64,000 bases of DNA from Halarcobacter sp. (GTDB taxonomy: Bacteria; Campylobacterota; Campylobacteria; Campylobacterales; Arcobacteraceae): the NCBI GenBank assembly GCA_963676565.1, contig OY781089.1:1376001-1440000 (forward strand), read 5' to 3'. Positions 59,096 to 64,000 of the stretch are shown here, piece after piece. The notes beneath the pieces are model-generated. The model had not been told where the DNA came from, did not search any database, and saw only the letters and a list, made by a program, of their open reading frames with translations. The number at the start of each line of letters is the position of its first letter. Positions within the stretch are counted from its first letter, which is position 1. The position numbers and the translations under genes are program-made.

Positions 59096-59227
59096 TAGTT
59101 GTAAGCGAGTTACCCATTTGTATTACAATTTAGCCAAAGGCAAAATTATATACAACTATTCCATAAAATCTTATCGATTTATTATTTCATTATGGGGAAT
59201 TCGCTCTTTAACAGAGTGTAGATCATT
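59096..59227 (-). repeat. 132-bp structured element, copy 2 of an inverted pair
   Basis: Reverse complement of 58574-58705 with 4 substitutions. Confidence 0.9.
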
Positions 59228-59620
59228 CACTCTTTTTAATTTCACTTTGCTTAAATAAAAACCTCTTTATTTCTTATCTTATAGTAGATAGATTATACTA
59301 AAATTATGTAAACAGATTTTGAGGAAAGTGGTAGAAGTTTTTTGTCACTTTGATAGAGTTTATTCAAAAGGAATGAACAATAAATCAAATGCTTGATATG
59401 ACAGATGTGTATGAATATCTTCAGATACTTATGTTTAAGGCATTGCTATTTTTTATCCACGCAATTAATGATATTTGATTTACTCTAAATCTTTCTATAG
59501 TTTCTAAAATTTCATAGCTATTTTCAGTAATGTTTTATACTTCATCTATTCTAAAATAATCAGCATATTATAGGGATATTGTTATTCCTTTTTATCTCAA
59601 AATGATTTTATTATTATGAG

Positions 59621-60031
59621 TTAAATTAAAGAATTAGAGTTTAAAGCTAATTCTTTTATAGTGGTTTTGGAAAAAGTATGACTTATAGAATTTTTTGATT
59701 CCATCCAAGTTTCATGCATGGCACATTTGTTTTTTTCACTGCATAAACCAAGACCTAATATACATTTATCATCATCTAAATCATTCATAATTATCAAAAT
59801 GTCTTTTATTGATATTTCACCACTGTCTTTTTTTAGTGTAATACCCCCATTTTTACCTTTTTTTGAAATTATAAGTTCATTATTAGACAATAATGTAATT
59901 ATTTTAGTCATATATTTATAAGATATATTTAAAGTTTCAGATATTTCTTTTGTGTGAAATAATTCATTTTGATTTTTTGCCATAAATATCAAAATCCTAA
60001 GTGCATATTCAGTTGTAGTATTTAGTTTCAC
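59621..60031 (-). CDS. Rrf2-family transcriptional regulator with three Cys (Fe-S; NsrR/IscR-like)
   Basis: TEYALRIL, SKKGKNGG, CILGLGLCSEKNKCAMH; downstream of the nor genes; GTG start. Confidence 0.88.
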   Translation of the reverse strand: MKLNTTTEYALRILIFMAKNQNELFHTKEISETLNISYKYMTKIITLLSNNELIISKKGKNGGITLKKDSGEISIKDILIIMNDLDDDKCILGLGLCSEKNKCAMHETWMESKNSISHTFSKTTIKELALNSNSLI

Positions 60032-60138
60032 AATCAGCTCTTTTTTATTTATATTTTAGTTAATAATTAGTTAAACTACAATGTTTTTTATAATCAATAT
60101 TTATTTTCTATATCTAACACAAGGAATAGCATTATTTT

Positions 60139-60939
60139 TTACTGACTTTTATCAAACTCTTTTTTTGGAAAATGTAATGATATCAGTTTTTCTAAAACTT
60201 CCAAAACATCATCTTCATCACTTAAAGACTCTACTAAAGAGTGAATACAAGCACTGTATGGATTAAACCCTTTGACAATAAGTTTTGCAGCGTAAACAAG
60301 TAATCTTGTTGATACAGCTTCTTGAATATCTGTATCACTTAATTGTCTAATCTCATGTGCTATATCTACTAACTTTTGTGCAATATTTTCATCTACACCA
60401 CTTTCTTTGATAATTATCTTTTTTTCCACTTCTTTTTCTGGATAACTAAAACTAAGGGAGATAAACCTTTGTTTTGTGCTTGGTTTCATACCTTTTAAAA
60501 CATTTTGATATCCAGGATTATATGAAACAACCAACATAAAATCTGGATGTGCTTCAATTACTTCTCCTGTTCTATCTATTGGTAAAACTCTTCTATAATC
60601 AGCTAAAGAGTGTAAAATTACAGTTGTATCTTTTCTAGCTTCTATAATTTCATCTAAATAACAAATACCACCATTTCTAACTGCTTTTGTAAGTGGTCCA
60701 TCTTGCCAATATGTTCCATTTTCGTCTATTAGATGTCGTCCTATTAAATCAGCAGCACTTAAATCATCATGGCAAACCACTGTATAAACTTCTCTATTTA
60801 GTTTTTCACCCATATGTTCAATAAATCTAGTTTTTCCACATCCTGTAGGACCTTTTATAAGAATAGGTAAATTCATAGAAGCTGCAGCTTCAAAAAGTTC
60901 AACTTCATTTGTTTGTGATAAATAGTATGTATTTGACAT
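60139..60939 (-). CDS. norQ: NorQ/NirQ AAA+ ATPase
   Basis: KGPTGCGKTRF, CHDDL, WQDGPLT, LDEIIEAR, SYNPGYQ, STRLL. ATG 60939 fits the RBS better than the track's TTG 60945. Confidence 0.92.
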   Translation of the reverse strand: MSNTYYLSQTNEVELFEAAASMNLPILIKGPTGCGKTRFIEHMGEKLNREVYTVVCHDDLSAADLIGRHLIDENGTYWQDGPLTKAVRNGGICYLDEIIEARKDTTVILHSLADYRRVLPIDRTGEVIEAHPDFMLVVSYNPGYQNVLKGMKPSTKQRFISLSFSYPEKEVEKKIIIKESGVDENIAQKLVDIAHEIRQLSDTDIQEAVSTRLLVYAAKLIVKGFNPYSACIHSLVESLSDEDDVLEVLEKLISLHFPKKEFDKSQ

Positions 60940-60953
60940 TATCAATTTCCTTT

Positions 60954-62720
60954 TTATTTTGTTAAATTTATATATACTTCAGGCATAATTTTTGGTAGTT
61001 TCTTACTATCTCTTACTACTGTATAGCCATTTTTACCAAATAAATATGAGAGATAATCTTTTGCTTCAATATCAATTGTTATACAAAACGGAATTATCCC
61101 TTTTTGTTTAACTTCTTCAATCGCTTTTTTTGTATCTTCAATGCCATATCTTCCATCGCATCTATCTATGTCATTTGGTTTTCCATCACTTATGATTAAT
61201 AAGAGTTTATTTTGATTTTGTTGCTTATTTAAAATCTTAGTTGATTCCCTAATAGCTGCACCTAATCTTGTGTAATACCCAGGTTTTATTGCTTCAATTC
61301 TTCCTCTAATTAAGTTTGAATATTTCTCTTTAAAGTTTTTAATAATATGAAATTTTACATTTGTGTTTTTATTTGATGAAAAAGCATATATTGCGAATTT
61401 ATCTTCAAGTTTTTCTAAAGCCTGTGAAAAAACCATAAGTCCATCTTTTATCATATCAATTACCCGTATCTCTTGTGTAATTCCAGCTTCTGTAGATAAT
61501 GAGATATCTGCTAAAATAAGAGTTGCCATATCTCTGGTTTTTTTCTCAAAATTCTCATAAAATTTTTGATGATGTAAAGATTTATTTTGATGTCCTTTAT
61601 AATCAATCCATGTATCAATGCAAATCTCATCTCCATAAGGTAAATGATTGTTTTTAAATCTATTGATTTCTAGTAAATCAAGTTCTGACTGTATTTTTTT
61701 AACAGTTTTTTGAAGCCTTTTTGGTAAATGTATCTCTTCTGTATTCACTGAAATAATTGGTTTTATACGTACATAGTTTTTCAAATAAGTTTTTTTTGTA
61801 TAATCCCATTCATCTAGAAAATGACCACGTCCAATAGGGTACTCTTCATTTATACTAGCTTTAATATCCAAATCCATTTTTAATCTAGAATTTAAATTTG
61901 CTTTTTTCTGTCCTAAAGTAATCTCATCTAAATCTTGGGCATTATATAAAGCATCTTCATCAAAACTATCATCTTCTGCTCTATCAACATTTACTTGTTC
62001 TAAAATACTCATCATTCCTTCAGGAATAAAAGCCATAAAACCATCTGTCTTTTTTTTATCATCAATTTGTTTAGCTTTTTTCTTCATCTTTAAAGATTCA
62101 GTTTTTTCATCTTTTCTTTGTGATTGATTTTCTTCCTCGTAAGAATTGCTTAATTTAGAATTTTTATTCAAAGATGGATAAATCCACATTATAAATGGAT
62201 AATTATTATTAAATTCTATATTCTTTTTATCAATATATACAAGTTCTGGTATTTTTGAGATAAGATACTTTTTTGCTTTGATATAAAATGTATTAAAACC
62301 AGTATATTTATCACAAAGATACTTTGATACTTTTTGATTTTCATCTATCATATTTGAATTATCTACATTTATATTTGTAGCCATTGCAACTAACCAAAAA
62401 TAAAGCATTATATTCTCTTCTTTTGTTGGTAAAACATCAAGTTTTGGAGGGAAATAAATTGCATCTTCATCTTGCCAAGTTAAAAAAAATGATTTTCCAT
62501 AACCAGATATTTTTTGCAAAAATGTTATTGACTTTTTTATATCTCTTTTATCAGTTATTTTTAACTCTTTACCTTTATCACCTCCTAAAAGGTGATAAAA
62601 GATTTTTAATTGTTTGGAAAGAGTTTGGAATTCAACTTGGGCTTGTTTATTTGAAATAGTAGTTTTTTTGCGTAAAAAATTATCCCAAGCTTTTCCTGCA
62701 TCTTCTTCCCATTCAAGCAT
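60954..62720 (-). CDS. norD: NorD vWA-domain NO reductase activation protein
   Basis: EWDY, MIDAS DISLST, YYTRLGAAIR, SDGKPND-GRYGIEDT. Confidence 0.9.
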   Translation of the reverse strand: MLEWEEDAGKAWDNFLRKKTTISNKQAQVEFQTLSKQLKIFYHLLGGDKGKELKITDKRDIKKSITFLQKISGYGKSFFLTWQDEDAIYFPPKLDVLPTKEENIMLYFWLVAMATNINVDNSNMIDENQKVSKYLCDKYTGFNTFYIKAKKYLISKIPELVYIDKKNIEFNNNYPFIMWIYPSLNKNSKLSNSYEEENQSQRKDEKTESLKMKKKAKQIDDKKKTDGFMAFIPEGMMSILEQVNVDRAEDDSFDEDALYNAQDLDEITLGQKKANLNSRLKMDLDIKASINEEYPIGRGHFLDEWDYTKKTYLKNYVRIKPIISVNTEEIHLPKRLQKTVKKIQSELDLLEINRFKNNHLPYGDEICIDTWIDYKGHQNKSLHHQKFYENFEKKTRDMATLILADISLSTEAGITQEIRVIDMIKDGLMVFSQALEKLEDKFAIYAFSSNKNTNVKFHIIKNFKEKYSNLIRGRIEAIKPGYYTRLGAAIRESTKILNKQQNQNKLLLIISDGKPNDIDRCDGRYGIEDTKKAIEEVKQKGIIPFCITIDIEAKDYLSYLFGKNGYTVVRDSKKLPKIMPEVYINLTK

Positions 62721-62721
62721 T

Positions 62722-63999
<1,278 letters not shown>

Positions 64000-64000
64000 T

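Larger units (their letters stand above)
43930..59600. mobile_element. Integrative genomic island with P4-like integrase; both boundaries approximate
   Basis: Integrase, HTH and AlpA followed by phosphoesterases, a defence module, a repeat-bounded cassette and non-coding repeats. No att direct repeat was identified, so the right end may lie elsewhere or outside the window. Confidence 0.65.

Noticed and set aside
59067..59258. 63-aa ORF
   Set aside because: It runs through the 132-bp repeat, has a TTG start with no RBS, and shows no recognisable protein features.
59554..59567. 14-bp inverted match (TATGCTGATTATTT) to the integrase 3' end as an att site
   Set aside because: Inverted orientation, and short enough to be expected by chance in AT-rich DNA.
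59340..59600. Pseudogene remnant upstream of the repeat tract
   Set aside because: Only a ~41-codon minus-strand frame with no recognisable motif; cannot be supported without BLASTx.
962..62659. Numerous short ORFs in the track that overlap real genes (for example 962-1327, 2037-2534, 21427-21858, 36050-36496, 52080-52436)
   Set aside because: They are antisense or frameshifted shadows of well-supported genes, with no motifs.

Overview
AT-rich chromosomal window from a Campylobacterota bacterium, most likely Arcobacteraceae (inferred from gene content and the proC-pseudopilin/bamD-lon synteny). Positions 1-43.9 kb are mostly core or conserved genes: ccoI/ccoS, cytochrome c553, hemH, the AmmeMemoRadiSam trio, znuCB, tpx, a CZB-containing chemoreceptor, a UvrD-like helicase, valS, an RND pump, a lapG-lapD-heme-c kinase cluster, rdgB, pseudopilins, proC, bamD, lon, a rhomboid, and an HD-GYP regulator/hybrid kinase/H-NOX cluster. 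From about 43.9 kb a P4-like tyrosine-integrase island carries a small HTH protein, AlpA, a possible FtsZ-C-terminal-like protein, two metallophosphoesterases and an IetA/IetS-type AAA-ATPase plus subtilisin module with an unannotated 42-aa basic peptide. Next come a binding-protein/multi-PAS-kinase cassette bracketed by 21-bp direct repeats and a 1.9-kb non-coding tract with a 191-bp tandem duplication and a 132-bp inverted repeat pair. The window ends with an Rrf2 regulator and norQ-norD-norB (partial). The best novelty candidates are a stand-alone structured sRNA at about 12577-12695 whose G/U-rich seed pairs with the RBS of a gene 2.2 kb away, the repeat-bounded sensor cassette, the 132-bp structured inverted repeats, and the extra peptide behind ietS. 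No rRNA, tRNA or CRISPR array was seen. All calls come from reading the sequence by eye; no searches were run.
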